This document shows positions 28,801 through 39,206 of a stretch of 64,000 bases of DNA, in pieces. The notes below the pieces were generated by a model that was given only the letters and a program-made list of their open reading frames with translations, ran no database searches and was not told where the DNA came from. Numbering within the stretch: the stretch's first letter is position 1; each line of letters begins with the position of its first letter. The translations under genes were made by a program, and so were the position numbers. Source of the DNA: Bacteroidales bacterium (GTDB lineage: Bacteria > Bacteroidota > Bacteroidia > Bacteroidales > UBA10428); assembly GCA_965230395.1 (NCBI GenBank), contig CBDDKV010000001.1, forward strand, positions 654-64,653, written 5' to 3'.

Positions 28801-29937
28801 TCCGGATTCTCCGTTATCGGTTACCGGGTTCCATACAAGTTTATCTCCGCTTCTTGCCAGACCGGTAACTTTTGGTGGTGCCTGATCATCATCGTAGAAG
28901 AATAATGCACGGGTTTCTTTTTCGCTTGCTGCAAAGAAATATTTTTCATTATTAAGTCTTGAAAAGAACTGATCCTTAACAGCACCTGGTATTTGCAGAC
29001 GTCCGTCCCCCCATGGGAAAAGTCCGTTTCCTCCGATCATATCCTGGCCGTCCCAGTCCCAGTTAATGTAGCACATCTGCTTAATAGTAGGCTGATCTTC
29101 TATCATCGCAAAGTAAGGCTCATAAAAGGCAGTCCAGTCTTTAGAATTACCTTCACCATTTACCGGCCAGTTTGTTCCGGCTTCACCAATTAATACCGGT
29201 TTGTTTTTAGTCACTGCTGAATCGATCATTGTTAAGGCAGTAGAATGTTTACCACCGGCAATGTCTGATGTGAATGTGTTGAAGCTAATCCAGTCTACAA
29301 CGTCGTCGCCGGGATAGTAACCAAAAACTCCCTGAGTTCCCGAGAGGCTGGCATTCCAAACCAATGCACATTCTATGCCTGCGTCCTGAATTTTCTTCGC
29401 AATTACACGGTAAACCTCAGCAAACTGTTCGGGTGAATAAGGAGTTAACCATGATACATTTGGAAAATTGTTGAACTCGTATCCGATACGGATAAAGCTG
29501 GGCATACCTAAATATTTCAACCCTTCAATGAGGTTGTCCAGGTTACCGTCCTGCGTTCCGTCAAGATACTGCTGCCAGATATAAAATACATTGATACCAA
29601 ACTGTGGCAATACATAATATCCCTGGCGATGATATTTAAGTAACTCCTGTTTTAATGCCAGCGACCACCTCTCGTTCATGTTCCAGGTGTCGTAATAATC
29701 CATGAAAATGTTTGGTTTCATATCTGCCGGAGCGATATCCCAGTAATTTTCGAAACCGTCGAAACCGGTAGTACCTGCCTGACCAGCCCCAGACCAGATT
29801 CTTCCTTTTAATTCGAGCGCTGCCCCGGATTCGGTACGAGGCTGCATCTGGCCCTGTAAGCCAGTTGCATAAAGCAATACTGCCAGAAGTGTCCCTAATA
29901 AAGGCAACTTCCTTCCAAAGTAATTTTTCATTTTCAA
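25846..29937 (-). CDS. T9SS-secreted multidomain glycoside hydrolase, type A. Domain order: GH26-like, FN3-like, CBM-like, 2 PKD, discoidin with nested insert, 3 MopE-like repeats, Cys-capped beta-sandwich, CTD
   Basis: 1363 aa with a signal peptide ending LQGQ. Motifs: [32 protein letters not shown]. The tail is [11 protein letters not shown]...[18 protein letters not shown]. Confidence 0.9.
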   Translation of the reverse strand: MKMKNYFGRKLPLLGTLLAVLLYATGLQGQMQPRTESGAALELKGRIWSGAGQAGTTGFDGFENYWDIAPADMKPNIFMDYYDTWNMNERWSLALKQELLKYHRQGYYVLPQFGINVFYIWQQYLDGTQDGNLDNLIEGLKYLGMPSFIRIGYEFNNFPNVSWLTPYSPEQFAEVYRVIAKKIQDAGIECALVWNASLSGTQGVFGYYPGDDVVDWISFNTFTSDIAGGKHSTALTMIDSAVTKNKPVLIGEAGTNWPVNGEGNSKDWTAFYEPYFAMIEDQPTIKQMCYINWDWDGQDMIGGNGLFPWGDGRLQIPGAVKDQFFSRLNNEKYFFAASEKETRALFFYDDDQAPPKVTGLARSGDKLVWNPVTDNGESGIAHYTIYKDGEFWDYIMGEEYPVHDLSYGVYTNVQVLAMDRAGNAGPLSSALRVKQNAKYEHLWDGEFNYPATSVAADWKWVGTKDGGAKNAPDDISIDNSGKLSGPNSLILPDYPLSPNMGNYWAKAVEYRPRDWKLQLMQEFQAIEGEEYTFEFQAVAEEERTIRLYFMDHHVNPQHDFVMTRDGTYPHYFDGKNGDWNFYKIWDVTIGTEPKSYKFKATAPESSTARISFMMGHLEPTTIWLDSISVWTGFDDNVPIPIVPADTLLAMDEDNNGTETVMLDGSGSYDTDGTIVRYSWKENGVELAKGEKVNVDFNSGVHKVYLEVEDNDGYVNGDAFFVVVTNGDPIIIIGDDQTVVDKDDNGSETIQLDGSGSKDYDGTIVSWSWEANGKVIATTPMAKVDLPAGVNTVTLTIEDNDGRVVSDNLTVTVITDVTSNATVTASSSTQPASNVIDNNEETGWISEETEGEQWVMLNLGAPVGIMGVDLLWGKEYATVYEIQLSNNSSFTTYDVIGSEDKGNGKLDEFLLEPVKQGQYLRIAMKESADKGNVIEDASGNFKTTISPEIPPTLTFTPLKDQVGASFCYLELTINGTFQGSYQVTLKEPYTVNAAKGDVISYQYKYTVKGGSQVESNPYEFTVGEVSTGFYYALNEVRVYSVDYEPVDNDGDGFDTSVDCNDSDASINPDATEIPDNDVDENCDGVLGVTDNDNDGYGIAVDCDDNNPDINPGATDIPDNGIDEDCDGKDATAPKDNDGDGYTADVDCNDNDASINPGATDIPDNGIDEDCDGKDAQSNSNCVASTDDYDYTVKQVEGSTALDITFESKVSSSFVDLWTGVNGGGLQGVRGSKEGDVWSWNVTQVGGKTLADNDEVALFFRYQHNYSPGQSDTPEEKFIIGTGCAVMKSLTSTDGSLADKIEVYPNPVKDKLFIDGVNGITKYSVLNLSGAKVIKGIGKVVDVSGLNSGIYILRINDKNIRFIKE
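26413..26810 (-). repeat. 3 tandem MopE-like putative metal-binding repeats (coding)
   Basis: The unit is DNDGDGY....DC[ND]D.[DN]..INPGA.[ED]IPDN.[IV]DE[DN]CDG. The antisense artefact ORF 26402..26815 marks the same span. Confidence 0.8.
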
Positions 29938-30077
29938 TTAATGTTAGTTAGTTAATAATTAGAATTATGATAATGTTCTCCGATACGGAGAACCGTTATC
30001 CGAGCTACAAAGGCATAAGGAGGGTGCTTCAAAATCCTTGGAATATTGTGCCGGACGGCCTCCTTATTTTTCTTATT

Positions 30078-30152
30078 CTCTAAAAAGCGTACGAATTTGC
30101 TGTTGTTCTTCAGAATGTACATCCCCGCATGAGATCCGGAAACAGTGTTCGT
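30078..30152 (-). pseudogene. Relic of a T9SS C-terminal sorting domain (last ~25 codons only)
   Basis: Within ORF 29952..30164, TNTVSGSHAGMYILKNNSKFVRFLE parallels the tails of the neighbouring genes (e.g. [25 protein letters not shown]). No cargo ORF lies upstream. Confidence 0.6.
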
Positions 30153-30246
30153 TTTCCTAAACAATACAGACCGTTGCGTATGCCTCTATTTTAGATTTTT
30201 TGGCTTTATGATTTTTTAGTTTTGTTTTATTGGTTAATTAGAAAGG

Positions 30247-30281
30247 AGCTGCAAATACTTCAATATTGAATCTCTGCAGCT
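30247..30281 (-). terminator. Terminator-like long hairpin after 30302..32122
   Basis: AGCTGCA...TTCAAT/ATTGAA...TGCAGCT, flanked by T-rich sequence on both strands. Confidence 0.55.
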
Positions 30282-30301
30282 TCTTTTTGCTTTGCTAATG
30301 T

Positions 30302-32122
30302 TTATTTTTTTATGAACCTTACTCTCTCGTTCGTTTCTGTCTTTAATATGTAGACTCCGGATTCCAGTTTTGCTATATCAACAACATTACCTTTTCCAGA
30401 TAGCATTTGCTGCCCGGAAATATTATAAATGCTATAGCTAACTGATCCATCTATTCCTATAAGGTTAATGTAATCTGAAGCAGGAACCGGCTTAACCATT
30501 AACTTTGAAGTCTTCTCCAATACTTCTATCTGACCGGTTGCGGATTTTAATTCCCTGCACCTGACTGCTATTCCATTTTCGTCCAAACAACACCCTTCAC
30601 TTGGACAACTTCCGCCGCAGTCGATATGGGTTTCGTCTCCATTCATTATGCCATCATCGCAGGTTGGCTCAGGATAGGTTATAAATGTGCACTGGTCTTT
30701 AGTGAATTCTACCGTTTCAACAGGTGAAAGATATTGACCGGTTGCATTGTCCTGAACTTTAAACTGGATTGTGTACTGGTTTCCAAGCGTTGCACTGAAC
30801 TCTCTCTGATAATATCCCTCTGTAACTGTTCCGGGATAACAGACTCCGTTTAAGCAAACATAATTCCATTCTCCGGTCCATCCTTCGTCTTTATGATAAA
30901 CTTTAACTGTGTTATCATTAACATATGTCACACCAAATACCCCGCATGTTCCAGGTTCAGTGCATATATCAGGGCACGATCCCCCACAGTCTATACCTTC
31001 TTCATCACCATTCTGTATACCATCATCACAGGTTGGGACAACTGTTGTATCACACTTATCCGGACAAGATCCACCGCAATCGATACCTTCTTCATCACCA
31101 TTCTGAATACCGTCATTACAGGTTGGGGCAATATTATCTCCATAATGAACATATCTTGATGTATTCACAATGCTGTTCCAGTGTTTTAGTACGGTTGAGT
31201 TAGCTTCTACTCTTGAATCGCCCCAGTCACCTGTCCAGTTATGGGCATTCCAGTCTGAATTTATATATGCCCAAACACCTACGTCGTAAGTATCAATAAT
31301 GTCCCGTACACGATTAAGGTAATCAATAAACCCTTCGGGGGTTTCTGAAGCATATCTTTGAACAGCTGATTCTGCTATCATTACGGGCTTATGCTTTGTG
31401 TTAACTGCCCAGTCGAATGCTTTTTCAAGGTTTCCGTCGATTTTTCCGCTACAATTTGAACCTGATGGCGATGAAAGGCAAACATCGTGATTAAAAACGG
31501 AGAGGGCTACCCAGTCAACATATTCATCACCTGGATACAGATCGACTACATCGTTAAATCCCCGCACGGGGTGATACACAAATTCAACGTTTCCGGCGAT
31601 TGCCTTTATACGTCTGGCCATGCGGTTATATGCGTCTTTATATGTCTGAGAGTCGCCTCCTGAAGCAAACATATACAGGCTCACTTCGTAACCGAGGCGA
31701 ACAAAGAATTTTAGGTCTGAATGTGCTGCAAATGTTTGTGCAAACTGGTCTATTTGTGCATCCCATTTGCCGGCAGCAATATCTTTCAGAGCACTGTATG
31801 TGTTGCCATACCCCCCTGCTCCCGGATTATCTTTAATGCTAATTGCCACCAAAGCATAGGCTCCCGGGTATGTATTGTTTACGTAGGTTAAAAAGTTGTT
31901 GCCAAAAGCATCATCTCCCTGGTTTATTTCGCCTTTGTAGATTTCTCCGTAATGTGATGATCCTGCGGGAGGTTTTACTGCATTGACATAGTTCTGAAAT
32001 TCCTGCTGCCATGTCTGACCAATTAAAAGAAGTGTTTTTCCCTTTCCGGGATTATATTGTGCTGTTGCTGATAAACAAAAGGCAACGAATAATAAGATGG
32101 GTAGAAATATTTTTGTTTTCAT
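30302..32122 (-). CDS. T9SS-secreted glycoside hydrolase, type B. Domain order: GH26-like lineage B catalytic domain, 2 Cys-rich mini-modules, X domain, 1 mini-module, CTD
   Basis: 606 aa with a signal peptide ending ATAQ. Motifs: [57 protein letters not shown]...WGDSRVE. Mini-module example: PTCNDGIQNGDEEGIDCGGSCPDKC. The tail ends ...SGVYILKTETNERVRFIKK. Confidence 0.88.
   Translation of the reverse strand: MKTKIFLPILLFVAFCLSATAQYNPGKGKTLLLIGQTWQQEFQNYVNAVKPPAGSSHYGEIYKGEINQGDDAFGNNFLTYVNNTYPGAYALVAISIKDNPGAGGYGNTYSALKDIAAGKWDAQIDQFAQTFAAHSDLKFFVRLGYEVSLYMFASGGDSQTYKDAYNRMARRIKAIAGNVEFVYHPVRGFNDVVDLYPGDEYVDWVALSVFNHDVCLSSPSGSNCSGKIDGNLEKAFDWAVNTKHKPVMIAESAVQRYASETPEGFIDYLNRVRDIIDTYDVGVWAYINSDWNAHNWTGDWGDSRVEANSTVLKHWNSIVNTSRYVHYGDNIAPTCNDGIQNGDEEGIDCGGSCPDKCDTTVVPTCDDGIQNGDEEGIDCGGSCPDICTEPGTCGVFGVTYVNDNTVKVYHKDEGWTGEWNYVCLNGVCYPGTVTEGYYQREFSATLGNQYTIQFKVQDNATGQYLSPVETVEFTKDQCTFITYPEPTCDDGIMNGDETHIDCGGSCPSEGCCLDENGIAVRCRELKSATGQIEVLEKTSKLMVKPVPASDYINLIGIDGSVSYSIYNISGQQMLSGKGNVVDIAKLESGVYILKTETNERVRFIKK
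30590..31130 (-). repeat. Cys-rich mini-module / X-domain block (coding)
   Basis: Three copies of the C.DG[IV].NGDE.[GH][IV]DCGG[SP]C motif flank one ~95-aa Cys-capped domain (GTCGVFGVTYVNDNTVKVYHKDEGW...FTKDQCTF). Confidence 0.8.
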
Positions 32123-32160
32123 AGTGGTTGGGATTATAGTTGTTTATTAGTTCTTTTTAT

Positions 32161-32193
32161 TGAAAAAAGAGTGACCCCGGATCGGGATCACTC
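32161..32193 (-). terminator. Terminator of 32202..35135
   Basis: On the minus strand, GAGTGATCCCG-ATC-CGGGGTCACTC is followed by TTTTTTCA. One stem position is a G-U wobble on the minus strand only. Confidence 0.8.
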
Positions 32194-32201
32194 TATTGAA
32201 T

Positions 32202-35135
32202 TTATTCTTTTATGAAACGAACATATTTGTCATTTGCTTTAAGAATATAAGCTCCTGACTGAAGTCCGGAAACATTTATTGTATTTCCAATACCATTGGC
32301 TACTTTACTTCCGGATAAATCAATTATTGAATACTCCGCACCTTCAGTAAGTCCGCGAACGATTAACATATTTTTTACCGGATTCGGGTAAACCGAAATA
32401 CGTTCAACAAGACTTTCGTTAACTGATGTTGCCGATTTCACTCTTACACATCCTGTTCCAAGTTTGTATGTGTTCTCCGGAGTGTCCGATTGTCCAGGGT
32501 TATGGTTGTGCTGATATCTAAAGAAGAATTTCACTTCATCACCATCCTGGAAGGTAACCCCTCCGGTCTGACTTAATGTCCAGGTCCAGGTGTTGCCATC
32601 TTTATTTCCTCTTACACCTTGTGAACCGCCATTATTAACGGCCGACCATAAATCAACAAATGAAGAGTTAACTTTTGACTCAAATTTTATTTCAAGTTCA
32701 TTTGTTCCCTGCTTTTGAGCTACAACATATTCGTATTCATCGGTAGAGCCGGTACATCCGTCAACCACTGGTTCATCGCTTCCGTCGCAGTTTTCGTCGA
32801 TACCATTTCCTGGTATTTCCGTAGCTCCCGGATTAATATCCGGATTGTTGTCGTCGCAATCTTCGTTAATTCCATAACCATCACCATCGTTATCAGTAAT
32901 ACCTAATACTCCGTCACAGTTTTCATCAACGTCGTTGTCAGGAATTTCTGTTGCTCCCGGATTGATAGATGCATCATTATCGTTACAGTCATCGGCTGTT
33001 GTATATCCATCGTTGTCCTTATCTTCAGGGGCGTTTACAATAACAGTTACCTGGTCTGAAGATTCTCTGCCATCGCTTGAACGCACTGTAAGTGTTATTT
33101 CGTGTGTTCCTACAGAGAGGTTTACTTTCTGAACTGCCCCTTCAAGTGTTCCAACTCCTGGTACATTCCAGCTATACGTTTCAATTGGTCCTGTACTTAA
33201 GTTACCATTCAGTGTTACTTCTTCAGATCCGTTATTGTCTTCATCAACCACTGACTGATCGCGGCCGGCATTTGCAACTATCGCAGCCTGACCTCCAGTT
33301 GATACAGAAACCGCATCGATATAAACCGCGGTGCGGTGCGATTTTCCAAACATAAACGATAAACGTGCTGTCTCAGAAACAGGTGCAGTACTTTCAAAGG
33401 TAAACGTTTGAGGCTCTGTTGTAATGTTTATGTCCCACGTACCGTAGAACTGCCATTCTGTATCGAAATTCGGATCTGTTCCGGCAGGGAAATGTGTACA
33501 GTTCCACCATGGGGCATGGTCCATAAATTTAAGCTTACAGGTTGTAGGTTCGTCGGCCATTGCCATGAACGAAATGGTATAAGTTTGTCCCTGTTGGACC
33601 TGGAATTGCTGGAAGAATTGAAGTTTCCAGTCTTTTGGTACGTCAAGATCTTTATTCCATGTAAGTTTTACACAATTCTGACCTGACAGTTTTCCTGAAT
33701 TATCAATGTTTCCTGAAATATCATCCGGTGCTGGTTTTGCATCTCCATCCTGAGAACCCATCCATCTCCAGCCAAGAGCTACGCTGGTTTGAGGTTTATT
33801 AAATTCTCCGTCCCAGATAAGTTCTTCTCTTTCTCTCATTTTCACTTCTACAGCTTCCGACATTTCACTTTCGTTTCCTGCTCGGTCCATAGCTATAACC
33901 TGCACGGTTGCTTTATCCCCGTGGCCAAGGTCTTCAACCGGATATTCTTCTCCGATAATATAGTCCCAAAGTTTTCCGTCTTTGTAAATCGTATAGTGAG
34001 CAAGACCTGAACCTCTTTCTCTTACTGTATTCCAGGTAAGTTTATCCCCTTCTTGTTTTACATCTGTTACTTTTGAAGGCGCTGAACGGTCATTATATCC
34101 AAACTGGGCCCTGGTTGTGCGCTCATCAGTGGCATAAAAATATTCCTTCTTATTAATTCTATTAAAGAACTGGTCTTTTACGGAACCCGGCATTTGAAGT
34201 CTTGAGTCTCCCCATGGGAACATTCCGTTTCCACCAACCATGTCCTGAATATCCCAGCTCCAGTTAATGTGTACCATTTGCTTAATGGTAGGTTGATCTT
34301 CAATCATCGTAAAGTACGTTTCGTAAAAGCTCCAGTCATTATAAGTAACCTGGTTTACAGCTGTCGATGAAGCTTCACCTATCATTACCGGTTTACCTTC
34401 AGCTTCAGCAATGGCAATTAGCTCTTTCATGGTAGAATGTTGTCCGCCAACAATGTCCCATGAAAAAGTATTAAAGCCCAGCCAGTCAACATATTCACTT
34501 CCCGGATAATAGCTTTCAAGTCCGGCATTACCTGATAACCCGGCATTAAAAACAGTAGCTACTTCAACACCGCCATCTCTTAACTTCTTTGTTATAATTC
34601 TAAAAACTTCGGCATAATCGGCAGGGGCCCAGTTTTTCTGGTTGTTAAATTCATATCCGATACGCAAGAATACAGGAACACCCAGGTAGCGGAACCCTTC
34701 TACCAGGTTATTCAGTTCTTCCTGATGGCCACCTGCTTTTATATCTTCCCAGAAATAGTCAATGTTATAACCAATTTGAGGAATGATATAATATCCCTGA
34801 CGGTGATACTTCATGATCTCGTCTTTTAATTCGCGGGTCCAATCTGGTCCAATGTTGTACGAATCGTAATAATCCATGAATAAAACGGGCTTCTGATCGG
34901 CGGGGGCCAAATCAAAATAGCTTTCGAACCCATCAAACCCGGTGATTCCTGCCTGACCGGCCCCGGAATAAATTTTGTCCTTTATTTCAAGCATTGCCCC
35001 TGTATTAACACGGGGTTTCATTTGTGCATTGACTGCAGTAGGGATAAAACTGCACAGGACAATTGCAAGAATGGCTTTCATAAAAACTGAAAGCCGAAAC
35101 CTTTCTTCATTTTGATTCTTAAATCTAAAAATCAT
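32202..35135 (-). CDS. T9SS-secreted multidomain glycoside hydrolase, type A, short form. Domain order: GH26-like, FN3-like, CBM-like, 1 PKD, 2 MopE-like repeats, Cys-capped beta-sandwich, CTD
   Basis: 977 aa. Motifs: [32 protein letters not shown]. The signal peptide proper starts at the second Met ([23 protein letters not shown] at 35081). Which start is used is ambiguous. Confidence 0.88.
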   Translation of the reverse strand: MIFRFKNQNEERFRLSVFMKAILAIVLCSFIPTAVNAQMKPRVNTGAMLEIKDKIYSGAGQAGITGFDGFESYFDLAPADQKPVLFMDYYDSYNIGPDWTRELKDEIMKYHRQGYYIIPQIGYNIDYFWEDIKAGGHQEELNNLVEGFRYLGVPVFLRIGYEFNNQKNWAPADYAEVFRIITKKLRDGGVEVATVFNAGLSGNAGLESYYPGSEYVDWLGFNTFSWDIVGGQHSTMKELIAIAEAEGKPVMIGEASSTAVNQVTYNDWSFYETYFTMIEDQPTIKQMVHINWSWDIQDMVGGNGMFPWGDSRLQMPGSVKDQFFNRINKKEYFYATDERTTRAQFGYNDRSAPSKVTDVKQEGDKLTWNTVRERGSGLAHYTIYKDGKLWDYIIGEEYPVEDLGHGDKATVQVIAMDRAGNESEMSEAVEVKMREREELIWDGEFNKPQTSVALGWRWMGSQDGDAKPAPDDISGNIDNSGKLSGQNCVKLTWNKDLDVPKDWKLQFFQQFQVQQGQTYTISFMAMADEPTTCKLKFMDHAPWWNCTHFPAGTDPNFDTEWQFYGTWDINITTEPQTFTFESTAPVSETARLSFMFGKSHRTAVYIDAVSVSTGGQAAIVANAGRDQSVVDEDNNGSEEVTLNGNLSTGPIETYSWNVPGVGTLEGAVQKVNLSVGTHEITLTVRSSDGRESSDQVTVIVNAPEDKDNDGYTTADDCNDNDASINPGATEIPDNDVDENCDGVLGITDNDGDGYGINEDCDDNNPDINPGATEIPGNGIDENCDGSDEPVVDGCTGSTDEYEYVVAQKQGTNELEIKFESKVNSSFVDLWSAVNNGGSQGVRGNKDGNTWTWTLSQTGGVTFQDGDEVKFFFRYQHNHNPGQSDTPENTYKLGTGCVRVKSATSVNESLVERISVYPNPVKNMLIVRGLTEGAEYSIIDLSGSKVANGIGNTINVSGLQSGAYILKANDKYVRFIKE
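32775..33025 (-). repeat. 2 tandem MopE-like repeats (coding)
   Basis: [38 protein letters not shown] and [38 protein letters not shown]. Confidence 0.8.
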
Positions 35136-35173
35136 AGTTTTTCATTTTTGGTTAGTGAATAATTAGATGTTAG

Positions 35174-35213
35174 CTTAAAAAAGAAAAGCAGTGGTACATT
35201 CGTTCCACTGCTT
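35174..35213 (-). terminator. Terminator of 35227..38586
   Basis: On the minus strand, AAGCAGTGG-AACGAATGTA-CCACTGCTT is followed by TTCTTTTTTAAG. Confidence 0.8.
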
Positions 35214-35226
35214 CTCCATATCTTTG

Positions 35227-38200
35227 TTATCTTTTAATAAATCTTATTTTTACGGAATCGACCAATAGGAAATATATTCCCGGATCCAGGGCTGAAACAT
35301 CAACCTGACTTCCTTTCTGTGTTTTCAAGGCCTTTCCGGTTAAATCCATTACTGATATTTGTGTATCTTCTTCGATTCCTGATATTTCCAATACATCTGT
35401 CACAGGGTTCGGATAAAGCGAAATGGCTGGTGACTGCTTTTTGATTGTTTTTATTCCAGAAGATTTTTTCTCTTTACCTTCTTCTTTCTTAAGGGTTGAG
35501 TTAGATGCATAAACACGAATTTCATTCAATGCATAATAGAAACCTGCGCTTACTTCCCCTACGGTGAATATGAAGTTGTCGCTTATTGCTTGTGCGCCAT
35601 CTGGCAATGTATATTTAAAGCCAAATGATACTTCATCGCCGGCATTAACACCATTAACTGTGTAAGGCTGATTTGGAGTAACCGCATAACTTCCTTTATA
35701 GGTTCCGTTGACGGTTAATTCAAGATAACAGAAGCCTGAACCGATGTTTGAAGCTTTAGGTTTGAATGTAATTGTAGGTGGAACATCAGGAGAGATGGTA
35801 GCCTTAAAGTTTCCGGTTGCATCTTCCACTTCATTACCTTTGTCAACGCTTTCTGACATTGCAATACGTACATATTGTCCTTGCTGAACCGGATCTACAA
35901 CAAACTCATCAAGTTCTCCGTTTCCTTTTTCTACTTTGCCTACCACTTCATATGATGCAAAATTGCTGTTAGCAGAAACCTGAACTTCGTATTTCGTAGC
36001 GTATTCTTTGCCCCATAACAGGTCAACACCAACAATTCCGGTTTGCGCACCCAGGTCGAGCATTACCCATTCTGCACCTTGTGTTTCTTCACTTTTCCAT
36101 CCGCTTGCCTCATCATCGTCGGTTGCATTTTCAGCAGTTTGCGAACTTGATGATGCGGTAATTGTTGCTGTTGAGGTAACATCTCCAACTACAATTACTT
36201 TTAATTCGTCTGATGCTGTTCTTCCACTGTTATCTGTAACTGTTAATGTTATGTTATTTGCCCCAACTGGTAATTCAACTGATGCGGTAGCTGCTGAAGC
36301 AACTTCTTTACCGTTTGCTTTCCAGGAATATTTGTCAATTGTTCCGTCGGGATCCTGACTTGATGATCCGTTTAGTTCAACTGTGGCAACTCCGTCATCA
36401 TTTTTGTCGATAAGCATTTGATCCTCACCAGCTACTGCAATTGGATCTCCGTTTGTTACAATTACTTCTATTGAACGACTGGCAATGTTTCCATCATTGT
36501 CTTCCACTTCCAGGGCAACAATGTGTATCCCTGCATTAAATTCGACGTTAACAATTTCTCCTTCAGCCAGTACCTGTTCATTTTCTTTCCATGTATAGCG
36601 CTCAATTGTACCATCTTCGTCATATGACTGAGAACCATCCAGTGTTACGGTTTCAACGCCATTATTGTCTTGATCAAGTGCAACAATGTTATCACCTGGT
36701 ACTGGTACAGGATCGTCCATATCCAGCCCGCACGAAACAGATACGGCATCAATCCACATAGTGGTTGGTTCTGTATTTCCCATCATAAAGGACAACCGGG
36801 CTGTTTCTGTAACCGGGGCAACAGCCTTGAATGTATAAGTCTTTGGTTCTGGTCCTGCTGTTACGTCCCAGATTTCATAAAATTGCCATTCGGTATCAAA
36901 GTTTGGATCCTGACCTGCGGGAAAGTGCGTATGGAATGGATCTACGTGATGATCCATAAAATAAAGCTTGAATGACCTTTCTTCCTCGGCCATAATTTGA
37001 AAGGTTATTGTATACTCTTCCCCTTCCTGAACCTGAAATGCCTGGAATAACTGAACTTTCCAGTCTTTTGGATATTCTTTTGGCTTGTATCTCCACCAGT
37101 TATTCATGTTGTCCTGCATTTGATAATCGGGAAGAATACATGAATTTTGACCGGATAATTTTCCTGAATTGTCGATTATAATATCGTCAGGTCCTGATTT
37201 TGCGTCTCCATCCTGTGTTCCCATCCATTTCCAGTCTACTGCCACAGAGGTTGACGGGTAATCAAATTCTCCATCCCACAACAACTCGTAACGGTTATCG
37301 AGGTTAACTGTTAACGCCGCAGACAACGGACTGGCATTTCCTGCACGGTCCATGGCCAATACCTGAATATCTGCATCGTAACCATAGTATAAGTCCTGTA
37401 TCGGATACTCTTCGCCAATAATGTAATCCCACATTTTACCATCTTTATAAATGGTATAGTGTGCCAGACCGGACTCTCCGTTATCTGTAACTTTATTCCA
37501 TACCAGTTTATCTCCGCTTCTTCTTAAACCGGTAACCTGCGCTGGTGCCTGCTTATCGTTGTAAAAGAATAATGCCCTGGTTTCCTTTTCACTTGTAGCA
37601 AAAAAGTATTTGTCATTATCTATTCTGCTAAAGAATTGATCTTTTACAGAACCGGGCATTTGAAGACGGGAGTCTCCCCATGGGAACATTCCGTTTCCTC
37701 CAACCATATCCTGTACGTCCCAGTCCCAGTTAATGTATGTCATTTGCTTAAGGGTGGGCTGATCTTCTATCATAGAGAAATAGGTTTCATACCAACCCCA
37801 TTTGTCATAAGTAACCTGGTTTACAATCATTGGTGAAGCTTCCCCTATCAACACAGGAATATTTCTTTCTGTGGCTTCGTTCATCATTGCTACTGCTGTT
37901 GAGTGCTGTCCTCCTGCAATATCACTAAAAGTGTTGAATCCCATCCAGTCAACATATTCATCACCGGGATAGTAATCCATTATATTTTGTTTTCCCGAGA
38001 GCCCACAGTCCCAAACCAAAGCAACTTCAATGCCTGATTCACGGATTTTATCCGCTATAATGCGATAGACTTCAGCAAACTGTTCTGGTGTATAGGCTGT
38101 TAACCACGGATCTCCGGGGAAATTATTAAATTCATATCCAATACGTATGAAAGCGGGCATTCCCAAATATTTCAGCCCTTTTACAAGATTGTCAAGCTCA

Positions 38201-38586
38201 TCATTTTGTGTTCCGGCCAGGTATTCCTGCCATAAATAATAAACGTTTATGCCAAATTGCGGCAATACGTAGTAGCCCTGACGATGAAATTTTAATAGTT
38301 CCCTTTTTAATTCTATTGACCACCTTTCATTCATGTTCCAGGTGTCATAATAATCCATAAAAATATTTGGCTTTTGATCGGCCGGAGCTAAGTTCCAATA
38401 GTTTTCAAACCCGTCGAAACCGGTTGTTCCAGCCTGACCGGCCCCTGACCAAATCTTACCTTTTAACTCCAATGCAGCCCCATTCTCTACCCGATCCTGC
38501 ATTTGAGCATGCAGGCCTGTTGAAACAAGTGCCAGTCCCATAAGAGTTCCTGTAAACTTCTTTTTCCATTTAAGAATTTTTTTCAT
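35227..38586 (-). CDS. T9SS-secreted multidomain glycoside hydrolase, type A. Domain order: GH26-like, FN3-like, CBM-like, 2 PKD, discoidin with nested insert, CTD
   Basis: 1119 aa with a signal peptide ending LHAQ. Motifs: [32 protein letters not shown]. The tail is YPNPVTDVLEI...PGIYFLLVDSVKIRFIKR. Confidence 0.9.
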   Translation of the reverse strand: MKKILKWKKKFTGTLMGLALVSTGLHAQMQDRVENGAALELKGKIWSGAGQAGTTGFDGFENYWNLAPADQKPNIFMDYYDTWNMNERWSIELKRELLKFHRQGYYVLPQFGINVYYLWQEYLAGTQNDELDNLVKGLKYLGMPAFIRIGYEFNNFPGDPWLTAYTPEQFAEVYRIIADKIRESGIEVALVWDCGLSGKQNIMDYYPGDEYVDWMGFNTFSDIAGGQHSTAVAMMNEATERNIPVLIGEASPMIVNQVTYDKWGWYETYFSMIEDQPTLKQMTYINWDWDVQDMVGGNGMFPWGDSRLQMPGSVKDQFFSRIDNDKYFFATSEKETRALFFYNDKQAPAQVTGLRRSGDKLVWNKVTDNGESGLAHYTIYKDGKMWDYIIGEEYPIQDLYYGYDADIQVLAMDRAGNASPLSAALTVNLDNRYELLWDGEFDYPSTSVAVDWKWMGTQDGDAKSGPDDIIIDNSGKLSGQNSCILPDYQMQDNMNNWWRYKPKEYPKDWKVQLFQAFQVQEGEEYTITFQIMAEEERSFKLYFMDHHVDPFHTHFPAGQDPNFDTEWQFYEIWDVTAGPEPKTYTFKAVAPVTETARLSFMMGNTEPTTMWIDAVSVSCGLDMDDPVPVPGDNIVALDQDNNGVETVTLDGSQSYDEDGTIERYTWKENEQVLAEGEIVNVEFNAGIHIVALEVEDNDGNIASRSIEVIVTNGDPIAVAGEDQMLIDKNDDGVATVELNGSSSQDPDGTIDKYSWKANGKEVASAATASVELPVGANNITLTVTDNSGRTASDELKVIVVGDVTSTATITASSSSQTAENATDDDEASGWKSEETQGAEWVMLDLGAQTGIVGVDLLWGKEYATKYEVQVSANSNFASYEVVGKVEKGNGELDEFVVDPVQQGQYVRIAMSESVDKGNEVEDATGNFKATISPDVPPTITFKPKASNIGSGFCYLELTVNGTYKGSYAVTPNQPYTVNGVNAGDEVSFGFKYTLPDGAQAISDNFIFTVGEVSAGFYYALNEIRVYASNSTLKKEEGKEKKSSGIKTIKKQSPAISLYPNPVTDVLEISGIEEDTQISVMDLTGKALKTQKGSQVDVSALDPGIYFLLVDSVKIRFIKR

Positions 38587-39160
38587 GATAGTTTGTTTTA
38601 GTTATTAGTATGCCGTTGGACCACAGTTCATGCAATACCCAAATCTTAAGGTGTTTATACCTTATTTTATGAGCTTTTTGCAAGCATGGTGAACGCTGCT
38701 CCAATTCTTACATCATTTAGGAGTTTACTTTATGGGTTTATGACAGTACTTTAGAAATTATTCCTGGAGAATAATGTTAAAAATTTAATGTTGAATAGAT
38801 TATGCCGTGTTCGTCAAGTTTCAGGTTCCGGATATCAATTATTCTGCTTTTCCTGTTTGTTTAATCAAAAAGGGAAAACGATAATGATTCCTGACCCGGT
38901 ATGCCTGGCATAACACAAGTGTATGAATTAGTTAAGCGGGGCTGATTAGCGTTAAATAATCCCCACTGACCGTATTCAATAGTAACTGCACATAGAAACA
39001 CGGTGGCCGAAGTGTTGTAAAACTCGTAAACTCACCTTCAATATATAACCTTTTTATTATATATCATAACATAATCTCTACACTTTTATCTTTATCTCTA
39101 TATCCGGGAATTTTTCTACAGATTAATCCTTTTATATAGTGTTTATTATGAGCGTACTAT

Positions 39161-39195
39161 AATTAAATAAAGGCGCCCCTTCAAAAGAGGCACCT
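39161..39195 (-). terminator. Terminator of 39207..42770
   Basis: On the minus strand, AGGTGCCTCT-TTTGA-AGGGGCGCCT is followed by TTTATTTAATT. It has two G-U wobbles that would be C-A mismatches on the plus strand. Confidence 0.7.
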
Positions 39196-39206
39196 TATAA
39201 AATTTT

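Noticed and set aside
38880-39020. A GC-richer patch in the 620-bp spacer, including GGGGCTGATT, which resembles a tmRNA 5' end.
   Set aside because: There is no tRNA-like 3' end (TTCGA..CCA) and no tag reading frame nearby. There is no convincing closing helix and only short local hairpins. The evidence is insufficient to call an RNA gene.
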